Numbered from the stretch's first letter, positions 9,301-18,447 are shown. The stretch: DNA of 64,000 bases from an uncultured bacterium (GCA_963713955.1 OY970216.1:506252-570251), one strand, 5' to 3'. The notes: generated by a model not told the origin, from the sequence alone. Numbers and translations are program-made.

Positions 9301-11268
9301 TTAACCTTCTTCCTCTTCGGTCGCGGTGCCGGGTTTTTTCCAGCTTGACCAATCGCAATCCGGATATCGCGAGCAGCCGTAGAAAATCCTACCTTTCTTG
9401 GTTTTCTTCAATCGTATTTCGCCCTCGCCGCATTTCGGGCAAGGACCGAAAACCTCGCTCGGCTTCACGATCGATTTCGTGTTCTTGCATTCCGGAAAGC
9501 CGGAACAAGCGAGGAATTTGCCGAATCGCCCCATCTTGATCACCATCGACTTGCCGCATTTGTCGCACTTCTCGTCCGTCATTTGGGGAGCGAGCGATTC
9601 CTCTTTTTTCACGCTCTCGTATTTTTCTTTCAGCTCCTTGGAAAACGGCTCATAAAAATCGCCCAAAAGCTTCCGCCAGTTTTCTTTTCCCTCCGCTACC
9701 TCGTCCAACTCTTCTTCCATTTTTGCCGTGAACTGGATGTCCACGATTTTCGGGAAATTCTCCACGAGAACCCTATTAACCAATTCGCCGGTCTCAGTCG
9801 GTTCAAATCTCCGATCTTTGTTCTTCACCACGTAATTTCTGGTTTGAATCACAGAGATAATGGGAGCATAGGTCGAGGGTCGTCCGATGCCATAAGCTTC
9901 GAGGGTCTTAATGAGACTCGCTTCATTGTATCTCGCCGGCGGTTCGGTGAAGTGTTCCGTGGGCTCGAGTTTCACTAAGTCAACTTTATCTCCTTCCTTC
10001 AAAAACGGCAGCGTCTTTTCCTCGAACTCCTGCGGCCAAACCTTGAGGAAGCCGTCAAACTTCAGAGAAATGCCATTGGCCTTAAAGAGATATTCTTTGG
10101 CCGCAATTTCGACGCTCTCAGTGTCGAAAACGGCCTGCGGCATCTGGGAAGCGATGAATCTCCTCCAGATCAAATCGTAAAGCTTCCGTTCTTTTTCATC
10201 CTCGACAGATATCTCTTTGGATTGAAGCAGGGGATTGGTTGGCCTTATAGCCTCATGAGCTTCCTGCGCCAGCTTGGATTTGTTCTGAAATCTCCGCGGA
10301 GTTTCAATAAGATACTTTTCGCCAAATTCTTCTTTTATGAACTTCCTGCCTAAAACCAGAGATTCGGACGAAAGATTGACTGAGTCGGTTCTCATATAGG
10401 TTATGAAACCGTTTTCATAGAGACGCTGAGCGAACATCATTGTTTGCCGGGCACTGAATCTCAAACGGCGATTGGCTTCCTGCTGCATAGTACTCGTCGT
10501 AAAAGGCGGCAGGGGATTTCTTTTGTACTCTTTATTTTCGATTGACGCGGTCTTAAATTCCGCGCTTTTTAAGTCAGAGGTGATTTTGTCAACTTCTTCC
10601 TTACTTCTGATCCCCGGTTTTTCTATGGTTTTTCCGTCCACCTTGTAAAGAAATGCCTTGAATTCTTGCTGAGATTTTCTCTCTCGAAGCAGCGCGTCGA
10701 GCGTCCAGTAGGCTTCCGGCTTGAACTTCCTTATTTCTTCTTCACGCTCCGCCACAAGTCGCAGAGCGACGGATTGCACACGGCCTGCCGACAACCCCCG
10801 GAATATCTTTTTCCACAAAAACGGCGACAACTCATAGCCAACCAGTCGATCCAAAATTCTTCTGGCTTGCTGAGCGTCCACGAGGTTCATGTCGATCGTA
10901 CGCGGTTTCTCAAGCGCTTCCGCGAGAGCCCGTTCCGTTATTTCATGGAAAACGATGCGTTCCGCCTTGTCATCCAGTCCCAAAACCTGGGACAAATGCC
11001 AGGCGATGGCTTCTCCTTCGCGATCTTCATCGGATGCGAGGATCACGCTTTCCGATTTGGCGGCCAGTTTCTTCAGGGCCGTTACCAGCTTCTTCGACTT
11101 CATTGGAACTATATAGTGCGGTTCGAACTGATGCTCGAGGTCGATGCCAAGCTTGCTTTTGGGCAAATCTCGCACGTGGCCGAAAGAGGATTCCACGCGG
11201 AAATCCTTTCCCAAGAATTTAGTTATGGTTTTGGCCTTAGTGGGTGATTCCACGATTACCAACTTCAT
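9301..11268 (-). CDS. topA: DNA topoisomerase I
   Basis: VIVESPTKAKTI, DEDREGEAI, SAGRVQS, ITYMRTDS, C-terminal Zn ribbons. Confidence 0.98.
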   Translation of the reverse strand: MKLVIVESPTKAKTITKFLGKDFRVESSFGHVRDLPKSKLGIDLEHQFEPHYIVPMKSKKLVTALKKLAAKSESVILASDEDREGEAIAWHLSQVLGLDDKAERIVFHEITERALAEALEKPRTIDMNLVDAQQARRILDRLVGYELSPFLWKKIFRGLSAGRVQSVALRLVAEREEEIRKFKPEAYWTLDALLRERKSQQEFKAFLYKVDGKTIEKPGIRSKEEVDKITSDLKSAEFKTASIENKEYKRNPLPPFTTSTMQQEANRRLRFSARQTMMFAQRLYENGFITYMRTDSVNLSSESLVLGRKFIKEEFGEKYLIETPRRFQNKSKLAQEAHEAIRPTNPLLQSKEISVEDEKERKLYDLIWRRFIASQMPQAVFDTESVEIAAKEYLFKANGISLKFDGFLKVWPQEFEEKTLPFLKEGDKVDLVKLEPTEHFTEPPARYNEASLIKTLEAYGIGRPSTYAPIISVIQTRNYVVKNKDRRFEPTETGELVNRVLVENFPKIVDIQFTAKMEEELDEVAEGKENWRKLLGDFYEPFSKELKEKYESVKKEESLAPQMTDEKCDKCGKSMVIKMGRFGKFLACSGFPECKNTKSIVKPSEVFGPCPKCGEGEIRLKKTKKGRIFYGCSRYPDCDWSSWKKPGTATEEEEG

Positions 11269-12158
11269 AGAGTGTTCACTAACTTAAATCTTCCTTCCCT
11301 TTCATCGACTACCCCCGAAAGAATCAGGAATGTCAACTTCCGGCTTATGATATGAGTCTCAAGATGGGTTATTTCCGATAATTTGTCAATGGTGAGAGCG
11401 TCCGCCGAATCTCTGAGGGATGAAACGAGAAGCAATTCGTCCCCGTCGAAAAGCATTTGTCTCTGCCGGTTTTCCAGCAAGAGATAACCGAAGTTGCGGG
11501 CGGTTTCTTTCAGATCTTCCAGTATTTGTTCGATGTCGGAAACCAGTCGGGCTCCATTTCTCAAAAGAAGGTGTGACCCTATATAGTTAAGACTTCTCGC
11601 CGGACCCGGCATTACGAAAACTTCTCTTCCTTCTTCGGCGGCAAGTCTCGCGGTAACCAGTGCTCCCGAACGCTTGGGCGCTTCTATAACGATGGTCGCA
11701 AGGCTGAGACCGCTCACAATTCTATTCCTCTCTAAAAATCTCACCGGATAAGGGGGATCATCGGGAGGGTATTCAGAAATCACACACCCGCCATTTTCCA
11801 GTATTCCGGCTAGAAGTCTCTCATGCGCCCGAGGATAAACCGAGTTGAGTCCGTTCGCGAGAACCGCCACCGTCCTGCCTTTCCGCCGGACGACGCTCGC
11901 CTGAGCTGCTCCGTCTATGCCGAGAGCAAGTCCGCTCACGACTGTTATTCCTTCGCGCGCCAATCCCTCGGCAATTTCCCCGGCTAACATCCTCCCTTCC
12001 TCGGTGGCTTTCCGGGTACCGACAATGGCTACCATTACCTCTCCATCGGATGGCAAAATCCCCCGGTAAAAAAGGTTCGAGGGGGCATTTTTTGTCTCTC
12101 TGAGAAGCCGGGGATAGGACTTGTCTCCCAAAGAGACCGTTTTAATCTTCGCAGGCAT
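11265..12158 (-). CDS. dprA: DNA-protecting protein DprA
   Basis: AIVGTR, VSGLALGIDG, FLERNRIVSGLS, SGALVTA. Confidence 0.96.
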   Translation of the reverse strand: MPAKIKTVSLGDKSYPRLLRETKNAPSNLFYRGILPSDGEVMVAIVGTRKATEEGRMLAGEIAEGLAREGITVVSGLALGIDGAAQASVVRRKGRTVAVLANGLNSVYPRAHERLLAGILENGGCVISEYPPDDPPYPVRFLERNRIVSGLSLATIVIEAPKRSGALVTARLAAEEGREVFVMPGPARSLNYIGSHLLLRNGARLVSDIEQILEDLKETARNFGYLLLENRQRQMLFDGDELLLVSSLRDSADALTIDKLSEITHLETHIISRKLTFLILSGVVDEREGRFKLVNTL

Positions 12159-12193
12159 TAGTGTTATAATAAAACCGACCGATTTACGAGATA

Positions 12194-12718
12194 ATGAACA
12201 ATTTTAAGAAACGTTTGATCAACGAACTGGTTATAACTCTTATCATAATGATAGCACTTATCGGCGGCATTTTGTTTTTTAAGGGGAGTATCGAGACGTA
12301 TGCCGAGAGCATAACGGTCGCGAGAGCCCGGCTGGCGCACCTTTCGAGCGGAGTACTCGAGCTTTCCAATCTTCAATCCCAGTATAGCCAGGTGGCGAAC
12401 TATTTTAACGTCCTGAACGGCATCGTGCCTTCTTACTACGACCTCATAAATCTCAACAAAGACCTCCAATCGCTGGCTGCCGGTCAGAACCTGAGCTATT
12501 CTTTTTCGTTCGCCGGCGAAAATCCAAAGAGCACGAACGGGTTCGGTTCAGTAAACTTCAATCTTTCCGTGAGTTCCGCGAACTTGGATAGCTTGCTTTC
12601 GTTCTTGAACTCGCTCCAACACTTCAAATATCTGAGCGCCGTTGACGGCATTTCATTCAGCCCCCAAGCCGATAACACGGTCACCATGTCAGTGAGAGGC
12701 CGCGTATTCTACAAATAA
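12194..12718 (+). CDS. PilO-like type IV pilus assembly protein (putative)
   Basis: N-terminal TM, coiled coil, ferredoxin-like C-terminus (LLSFLNSLQ...IS). Confidence 0.55.
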   Translation: MNNFKKRLINELVITLIIMIALIGGILFFKGSIETYAESITVARARLAHLSSGVLELSNLQSQYSQVANYFNVLNGIVPSYYDLINLNKDLQSLAAGQNLSYSFSFAGENPKSTNGFGSVNFNLSVSSANLDSLLSFLNSLQHFKYLSAVDGISFSPQADNTVTMSVRGRVFYK

Positions 12719-12728
12719 TATCTGGACG

Positions 12729-12938
12729 ATGGAAAAAATAAAAAAGAAAAAATCGCGGAAACAGGAAATATTTTTGCTCATGGCTTTTGTGATGTTCGTC
12801 ATAACGCTCCTTTCCGCAATCTATCTTGTAACGTCTCTCGGGGAAAACATAGGAGAAACGCTGAAGCTTCCGCCGATCAATAATCAGAGTGCGCAATTTG
12901 ACATCCAGGGCTACCAAAAATTAGACTTAACCCAGTAA
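12729..12938 (+). CDS. Small single-TM hypothetical protein
   Basis: Basic N-terminus plus one TM helix. Confidence 0.6.
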   Translation: MEKIKKKKSRKQEIFLLMAFVMFVITLLSAIYLVTSLGENIGETLKLPPINNQSAQFDIQGYQKLDLTQ

Positions 12939-12940
12939 CG

Positions 12941-13021
12941 GGGAGCTCGGTAAGCCGAAAAAGTGTGCGCTCCGGGGCGCTAGCCCAAGTCTTACCCACT
13001 TTTTCGCCTTACCGAGCTCCC
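12941..13021. repeat. REP-like palindromic element, family B (reverse orientation)
   Basis: Near-identical to the reverse complement of 26075-26157. Confidence 0.88.
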
Positions 13022-13046
13022 TCAGAATAAGTAAAAAGGGAGGTCT

Positions 13047-13341
13047 GCGCATGTAGTTCAGTGGGTTGAAAGCAAATTGCTTTGCTTTCAACGGGCGAAT
13101 ACCTGTGTTAATTTATATATAGTAATTTCGCCCCGGAAGAACGCGTTCCTGATATCTTCGATATAACTGGTTCGCTCGTTCGAAATGAAAAATAATGGGC
13201 ATATAGTTCAGTGGTAGAACGCTGTCCTGATAAGACAGAGGTCCCAGGTTCAATCCCTGGTATGCCCACCCATTCTTTTTCATTTCTCGCTCGCTGCCAG
13301 TTATAAGACAGAGGTCGTAGGTTCGATTCCTACCATGCGCA
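13047..13341 (+). tRNA. Interrupted outer tRNA-Ile(GAT)-like gene with D-loop and anticodon-loop insertions, possibly degenerate
   Basis: Acceptor GCGCATG/CATGCGC perfect, T arm GTAGG-TTCGATT-CCTAC, D strands GTTC (13056) and GAAC (13139), CT-GAT-A at 13149-13154; anticodon stem CGTTC/GACAG has 2 mismatches. Confidence 0.6.
13197..13268 (+). tRNA. tRNA-Ile(GAT), nested inner copy
   Basis: Full cloverleaf: GGGCATA/TATGCCC, CTGTC-CT-GAT-AA-GACAG, CCAGG-TTCAATC-CCTGG. Confidence 0.95.
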
Positions 13342-13423
13342 CAAGCGAGTGAAATGGAAAAGTATTTTTACATTTCCGAGCGCAGTCGCATGGGAACCGA
13401 AAGGTCACCATACGCACCAATCA

Positions 13424-13495
13424 GGGCCCGTAGTTCAGTGGCAGAACGCCGCTTTTGCAAAGCGGAGGTCAGGAGTCCAATTCTCCTCGGGTCCA
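13424..13495 (+). tRNA. tRNA-Ala(TGC)
   Basis: Cloverleaf with G3:U70, CCGCT-TT-TGC-AA-AGCGG; T-loop reads TCC instead of TTC. Confidence 0.92.
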
Positions 13496-13610
13496 CCTTG
13501 AGTATGTGCTCAACTTGTGTTCGAAAAAGCCTCATGAATACTAGAATTTCTCGGCCAGACCTAGCTTTTCCAAGTTCAAGTCCTCGGGGTATTGATTAAG
13601 AGTAGAAAGT

Positions 13611-14279
13611 ATGGTAACCTTCCACAATATGGGGGGGTTCGAGGAAATCGGGGAAAATCTTGAGGGGCCGACAGCAAAGGAAGAAACAGCGGGTCTCAAC
13701 GAGAATAAAGTGGAGAGCGAAGGCGCAAAGACCCTAGAGGATTATTTGGAACGCTATAAGGAAGTCGTACTTTCGGCTGATTCCGATCCGGAAATGGACC
13801 CCATAAAAAAGATCATGGAGAAAGCGCCGAAAGAATTCCGAGGCAACCTTGCTGGCTGCACGCTCGATCTTAACATCTGGGGCAATCGTGGTCAGGAAAG
13901 GGAGAAGGAAGCAACAATAAGATACATTGATGGAGAGAAGAACATTAAGGAGTGCAGAATTAGGCTCGATGAAATTGAAGAGTACTCTAGAGATAAGGAT
14001 GCCAAGCCGGAGGCATTATGGGAGAGTGTTAGGAAAGAGCTAGAGAGATTGAGATTCTGGGGAGTAACCCACTCTTTTACGAGCAATTACCCTCTCGAGG
14101 GGTTTGGTGGAGTAAACTTCAGTGTGCTCAGGGGGACAGAGAACGAACGAAGGGATAAAAAATTCATGGATTTTCGCAACAAGCTCGACGCAGAGGTCGA
14201 CACCGCTTTAATCAACAAAGGGAAGAGGGTAAGAGAAGAAGCCCAAGAAAAAAGAAGGAAGAAGGAGTTTAGCTTCTGA
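13611..14279 (+). CDS. Hypothetical protein
   Basis: 222-aa charged ORF with no recognised motif. Confidence 0.7.
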   Translation: MVTFHNMGGFEEIGENLEGPTAKEETAGLNENKVESEGAKTLEDYLERYKEVVLSADSDPEMDPIKKIMEKAPKEFRGNLAGCTLDLNIWGNRGQEREKEATIRYIDGEKNIKECRIRLDEIEEYSRDKDAKPEALWESVRKELERLRFWGVTHSFTSNYPLEGFGGVNFSVLRGTENERRDKKFMDFRNKLDAEVDTALINKGKRVREEAQEKRRKKEFSF

Positions 14280-14424
14280 AATTGATCCCATCATTTCATT
14301 CTTGGAGAGGTTTTAGCCTGATTCCTCAAACCTAATCAGTCCGTTACTAGGAAGAAGGATGTTTTGCCTTCTTGATAAAATAGGTCCGAACAAATTCTAT
14401 TAGCTTCCACAAATCCGGTTCTCC

Positions 14425-14913
14425 CTACCTCTCCGCTATGTGTCCCGAGAGGGTATCGCCCAAAACGAGGAGCTCCGCTCGGTGTATTCCGAAATTTTTC
14501 GCTCCCGCGACCGTCGGCATCCACACGTCGACAAAATCGGTTTTCCGTTCGCTCATCCGATCCTCGACGGTGAATACTTTATCGCCGAAAAGCCGGGGGA
14601 TCTTGACCTTCGTACCAAAAGGAAGGGAATTAGAAGCCACAAAACCATCCTCGACGTACTTATTGGAGGCGGTTATGAAAGGGGTGTCGTCAGTCTCCCC
14701 CGGAACGCTGGCATACGCAGTAACCCAAACGTCCATGGAGCTAACCACCGGGAAGACAGCTTGCTGAGGTCCCTTATTTTGTGTCTCCACGGCAGCATTT
14801 GCCTTTTCGGCAATGTTGGAAGGCGAAAAGAGAATTTCGTTCATATTCAACATCTTGAGCGGGAGAAGCGTGAATGCCACTACTGCCAAGACTATTATTC
14901 TGCGGTTTTCCAT
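14425..14913 (-). CDS. 3D-domain (peptidoglycan-related) protein
   Basis: VTAYAS..ETDDTPFITAS, LPFGTKV, VEDRM...VDVWM; signal-like N-terminus. Confidence 0.85.
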   Translation of the reverse strand: MENRRIIVLAVVAFTLLPLKMLNMNEILFSPSNIAEKANAAVETQNKGPQQAVFPVVSSMDVWVTAYASVPGETDDTPFITASNKYVEDGFVASNSLPFGTKVKIPRLFGDKVFTVEDRMSERKTDFVDVWMPTVAGAKNFGIHRAELLVLGDTLSGHIAER

Positions 14914-14978
14914 AAAAAATGCCCCACTTAAGGGGTATAATGAACTATAAATTCTATCCTATCATAAATCGGAGAAAA

Positions 14979-15051
14979 GTCAACCCTGCTAGTACAAACT
15001 CGATTCCACTCCGTGCGTCAGCAAATCGAGTTTGTACTACGGGGTCAACCC
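14979..15051. repeat. 16-bp perfect hairpin flanked by 8-bp direct repeats
   Basis: TAGTACAAACTCGATT/AATCGAGTTTGTACTA, with GTCAACCC on both sides. Confidence 0.75.
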
Positions 15052-15097
15052 TTTGACGCTCCCCAGGATTAGGTAAATAGAGGTATAATTAAATGCA

Positions 15098-15850
15098 ATG
15101 ACGCTTCAAAACATAGATATAATCTACGAAAATAACGATTTCCTGGCTATAAATAAGCCAGCCGGGTGGACAGTCCACAGGCCCCGATCGACTGCCTCGG
15201 TCCGCCCTGACGACCTTTTCATAACCGACTGGCTCCTAGAACGCTACCCGGAGATAGAAGGCGTCGGAGACGATCCAGTCTTGAGGCCAGGAATCGTCCA
15301 CCGGCTCGATAAGAACACCTCCGGGGTACTCCTTATAGCCAAAAACCAGCCGACTTTCGAATATCTGAAGAGCTTATTCCAAGCCAGCCAGATTCAAAAG
15401 ACCTACCTAGCCCTTATTTACGGCAAACTGGTAGGGAAGGGGATCATAAATAAACCGATAGGGATAAAATCAGGAACTGTCAAAAGGAGCACCAATGCCC
15501 AGGATATGAAGATGCTGAAAGACGCCGTGACTGAATACCGGGTTCTTAAAGTACTTCAGGGAGGAAAATACACTCTTCTCGAAATCCACCCTAAAACAGG
15601 TAAGACTCATCAAATACGGGTTCACCTCGCAAGCATAGGCCATCCGGTAGTCGGGGATTCCCTCTACGGCAGAAAGAAGGAGGACATGAACCTATCGAGA
15701 CAGTTCCTCCATGCCCAAAGTCTTGAATTCACCTTCAAAGATGGCAGTCGGATAAAAATAGAAGCTGATCTTCCTTACGATCTTCAAGAGATACTCCAGA
15801 GTTTAGCCATGAGCGAAGAACCCCGGATTGATTCGATCGAATATGACTGA
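15098..15850 (+). CDS. RluA-family pseudouridine synthase
   Basis: INKPAG, GIVHRLDKNTSG, TGKTHQIRVH, HPVVGDSLYG. Confidence 0.95.
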   Translation: MTLQNIDIIYENNDFLAINKPAGWTVHRPRSTASVRPDDLFITDWLLERYPEIEGVGDDPVLRPGIVHRLDKNTSGVLLIAKNQPTFEYLKSLFQASQIQKTYLALIYGKLVGKGIINKPIGIKSGTVKRSTNAQDMKMLKDAVTEYRVLKVLQGGKYTLLEIHPKTGKTHQIRVHLASIGHPVVGDSLYGRKKEDMNLSRQFLHAQSLEFTFKDGSRIKIEADLPYDLQEILQSLAMSEEPRIDSIEYD

Positions 15851-15916
15851 CCCGAAGCCTCCTGAGCACCCGCTTGGCGCTCAGGAGGCTCAGTCTGTGT
15901 GATATAATAAATCAAC

Positions 15917-17119
15917 ATGAGATCCAGCTTCACCTTGATCGAGCTCCTTGTCGTGATAGCCATCTTGGCCGTCCTCGCGACCGCCGTCGTCCTGGTTTTG
16001 AACCCCTCCCAGTTATTGGCTCAAGGAAGAGATTCGACAAGGCTCTCTGATCTTTCCGCTCTGAATAGTGCCCTCTCCTTGTTCCAAGTTGATGCCTATA
16101 CCCAGTCCCTGGGGACTCCGAATACAGTCTATATATCTGTTCCTGACAATGCCTCCTCCTCCTGTGGTTCCTTAGGCCTCCCAACTCCTCCCCCAGGATG
16201 GGCCTATCACTGTGTTCCCGCCTCTTCTTCCACGAAGGTAGACGGAACAGGCTGGATTCCCGTGAATCTTACCCTCCTATCATCAGGATCCCCTTTATCC
16301 AAGCTCCCGATAGACCCTACGAATACCACTAGTTCTGGACTCTACTATACCTACGTATCAGGAGGCTCCTATGCCTTATCCAGTGCCTTGGAATCACAGA
16401 AATACCTTGTATCCACCGCATCCCAAGACCAAGGCTATGATCCTGGGAGGTATGAGATTGGTTCTGACCTTTCCCTTATTGCAAAGTCTGAAGGATTAGT
16501 AGGATGGTGGCCCCTCGATGGGGATGCGAGTGACCGATCAGGGAACAACAACAGTGGGACGTGGTACGGGACGAGTACAACTCGCTATGCTTCAGGCAAA
16601 GTTGGCCAGGCAGGACAATTCAATGGGGTGAGTGATTACATCGATGTGGGGAATGCCGCAAGTGTGAACATTAACGGCCCCTTCACAGTCGGGGCATGGG
16701 TTAACTTTCCAGATTATACTCATGCTGGTGGATTTGTAAGTAAATGCAGTGGGTATGGGACGGCTATGTCCTACACGTTAAGATTAAGCAACGATGCTCA
16801 TGTGTTTTTACAATCGTCGAACGGCACTGTTTTTAGCCCTTATAATACTTATAATGCAAGTGCCAATAACAACAACGCCTGGTTATACTTTGTGGGTGTT
16901 TTCGACGGTACCAAGAGTTATCTTTACCTAAATGGCAGTTTGGTGAATACCCAAACCGGTTTTCCGGTTCCTCAAATTATTTCTGGCGATCTTCTCATTG
17001 GGAGAGTGTACACTGGTGATACCACTTCCTGGTTCAGTGGTATGATCGATGATGCCCGCATCTATAATAGAGCCCTCTCAGCAGCTGAGATCCAAGCGAT
17101 ATATAACGCACAGAAATAA
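15917..17119 (+). CDS. Type IV pilin-like protein with C-terminal LamG domain
   Basis: FTLIELLVVIAIL N-methylation motif; GLVGWWPLDG...IDDARIYNRALS. Confidence 0.9.
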   Translation: MRSSFTLIELLVVIAILAVLATAVVLVLNPSQLLAQGRDSTRLSDLSALNSALSLFQVDAYTQSLGTPNTVYISVPDNASSSCGSLGLPTPPPGWAYHCVPASSSTKVDGTGWIPVNLTLLSSGSPLSKLPIDPTNTTSSGLYYTYVSGGSYALSSALESQKYLVSTASQDQGYDPGRYEIGSDLSLIAKSEGLVGWWPLDGDASDRSGNNNSGTWYGTSTTRYASGKVGQAGQFNGVSDYIDVGNAASVNINGPFTVGAWVNFPDYTHAGGFVSKCSGYGTAMSYTLRLSNDAHVFLQSSNGTVFSPYNTYNASANNNNAWLYFVGVFDGTKSYLYLNGSLVNTQTGFPVPQIISGDLLIGRVYTGDTTSWFSGMIDDARIYNRALSAAEIQAIYNAQK

Positions 17120-17285
17120 AGCTTAATTTCGAATTTTGAGTAAATTACTTAATTCATTAATTCTTGAATTCTCCGCCGATTGGCGGACGAAATTCATAAT
17201 TCTGTAATTCAAAATTCTAGCTACTTGTTACTAGTTACTCATCTTCATTTGACTAGGACAATAGAAAACGATAGTATATATTCCA

Positions 17286-17606
17286 ATGATTAACGAGGAA
17301 GTTCTAAAAAAAATCAAACCCGGCGCCCGCGTGCGGGTCTGGGAGCGGATCAAAGAAGGTGACAAGGAACGACAGTCGTCCTTCGAGGGATTGGTTATCG
17401 CGAGGAAGCATGGCAAGGAAGTCGGCGGTACTTTTACCGTGAGAGCTGTCCTGCACGAGGTGGGAGTAGAAAAGATATATCCCATAAATTCGCCGGCCAT
17501 CGCCAAGATCGAAGTTCTGTCATCGCCGAAGAAAGTACACCGCTCCAAGCTCTACTACGTACGTAATCTCTCGAGCAAACAATTGAAGGAAAAGCTGAAG
17601 ATATAA
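17286..17606 (+). CDS. rplS: 50S ribosomal protein L19
   Basis: IKEGDKERQSSFEG, FTVR, GVEK, RSKLYYVR. Confidence 0.96.
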   Translation: MINEEVLKKIKPGARVRVWERIKEGDKERQSSFEGLVIARKHGKEVGGTFTVRAVLHEVGVEKIYPINSPAIAKIEVLSSPKKVHRSKLYYVRNLSSKQLKEKLKI

Positions 17607-17620
17607 AAGAAGTTACCGGA

Positions 17621-17658
17621 AAACCCCGTCCGTTCGTGGACAGGCGGGGTCTTTGTTT
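17621..17658 (+). terminator. Probable intrinsic terminator after rplS
   Basis: ACCCCGTC...GGCGGGGT stem followed by T-rich run. Confidence 0.55.
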
Positions 17659-17703
17659 TACCCTCATCGGTATACGCTCCCACCTTGAGGTATAATAATA
17701 ACA

Positions 17704-18375
17704 ATGGGGAGGGGGATAAAACCGCAGGGGAAAGTTAAAATTAAATGGTCTCCTGCATTTGCCTACGTGATCGGGGTTATTACAACCGATGGCAACCTTT
17801 CTATTGATAAAAGACATATCAATATAACATCAAAGGATGAGGAGATGGTTAAAACGGTTGCGAAGTGCATTGATATCAAAAACAAGATTGGTCGTAAAGC
17901 AAGAGGCGGCGAGAAAGAAAAGAAATATTTCGTACTCCAATTCGGCGATGTTTTATTTTATAACTTTCTCCTCTCGATCGGCCTCACGCCGCATAAATCA
18001 AAGACGCTCCGTTCTATCGCCGTGCCTGATAAATACTTCTTCGATTTCTTGCGCGGGCATTTTGACGGTGACGGAACTTTTTATTCCTACTGGGATCTGC
18101 GCTGGAAATCAAGTTTTATGTTCTATACGGAATTTATTTCGGCCAGCAAGGCTCATATTGAATGGTTGCGGGAGAGAATATGCAACATCCTGAAAATACA
18201 CGGCCACATTACAAGAAGTGGGAATAACTCCGTGTATCAATTGAAATATGCCAAGGGGGAGTCATTGAAATTACTGGCTAAAATGTACTACAATAAGGAC
18301 GTAATTTGTTTAAGGAGGAAGAAAGATAAGGTAGAGAAAGCCCTAAAAACAGATTCAAACGCGCGGGTGTCGTAA
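17704..18375 (+). CDS. Free-standing LAGLIDADG endonuclease-like protein
   Basis: Two motifs, AYVIGVITTDG and DFLRGHFDGDG; stop codon lies inside tRNA-Leu. Confidence 0.85.
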   Translation: MGRGIKPQGKVKIKWSPAFAYVIGVITTDGNLSIDKRHINITSKDEEMVKTVAKCIDIKNKIGRKARGGEKEKKYFVLQFGDVLFYNFLLSIGLTPHKSKTLRSIAVPDKYFFDFLRGHFDGDGTFYSYWDLRWKSSFMFYTEFISASKAHIEWLRERICNILKIHGHITRSGNNSVYQLKYAKGESLKLLAKMYYNKDVICLRRKKDKVEKALKTDSNARVS

Positions 18376-18447
18376 CTGGTAGCCGAGCATCCTTGAGGTG
18401 GATGTGCCCGTAAGGGCGTGGAGGTTCGAGTCCTCTCCCGCGCACCA
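18361..18447 (+). tRNA. tRNA-Leu(GAG)
   Basis: CATCC-TT-GAG-GT-GGATG, long variable arm, encoded CCA. Confidence 0.95.

Noticed and set aside
13354-13599. 81-aa ORF, and likewise 59606-59815 and 39212-39421
   Set aside because: They overlap tRNA genes and lack protein-like features.
15856-15890. 12-bp hairpin after the RluA gene as a new repeat family
   Set aside because: Single copy in the window; could be an ordinary terminator-like stem.
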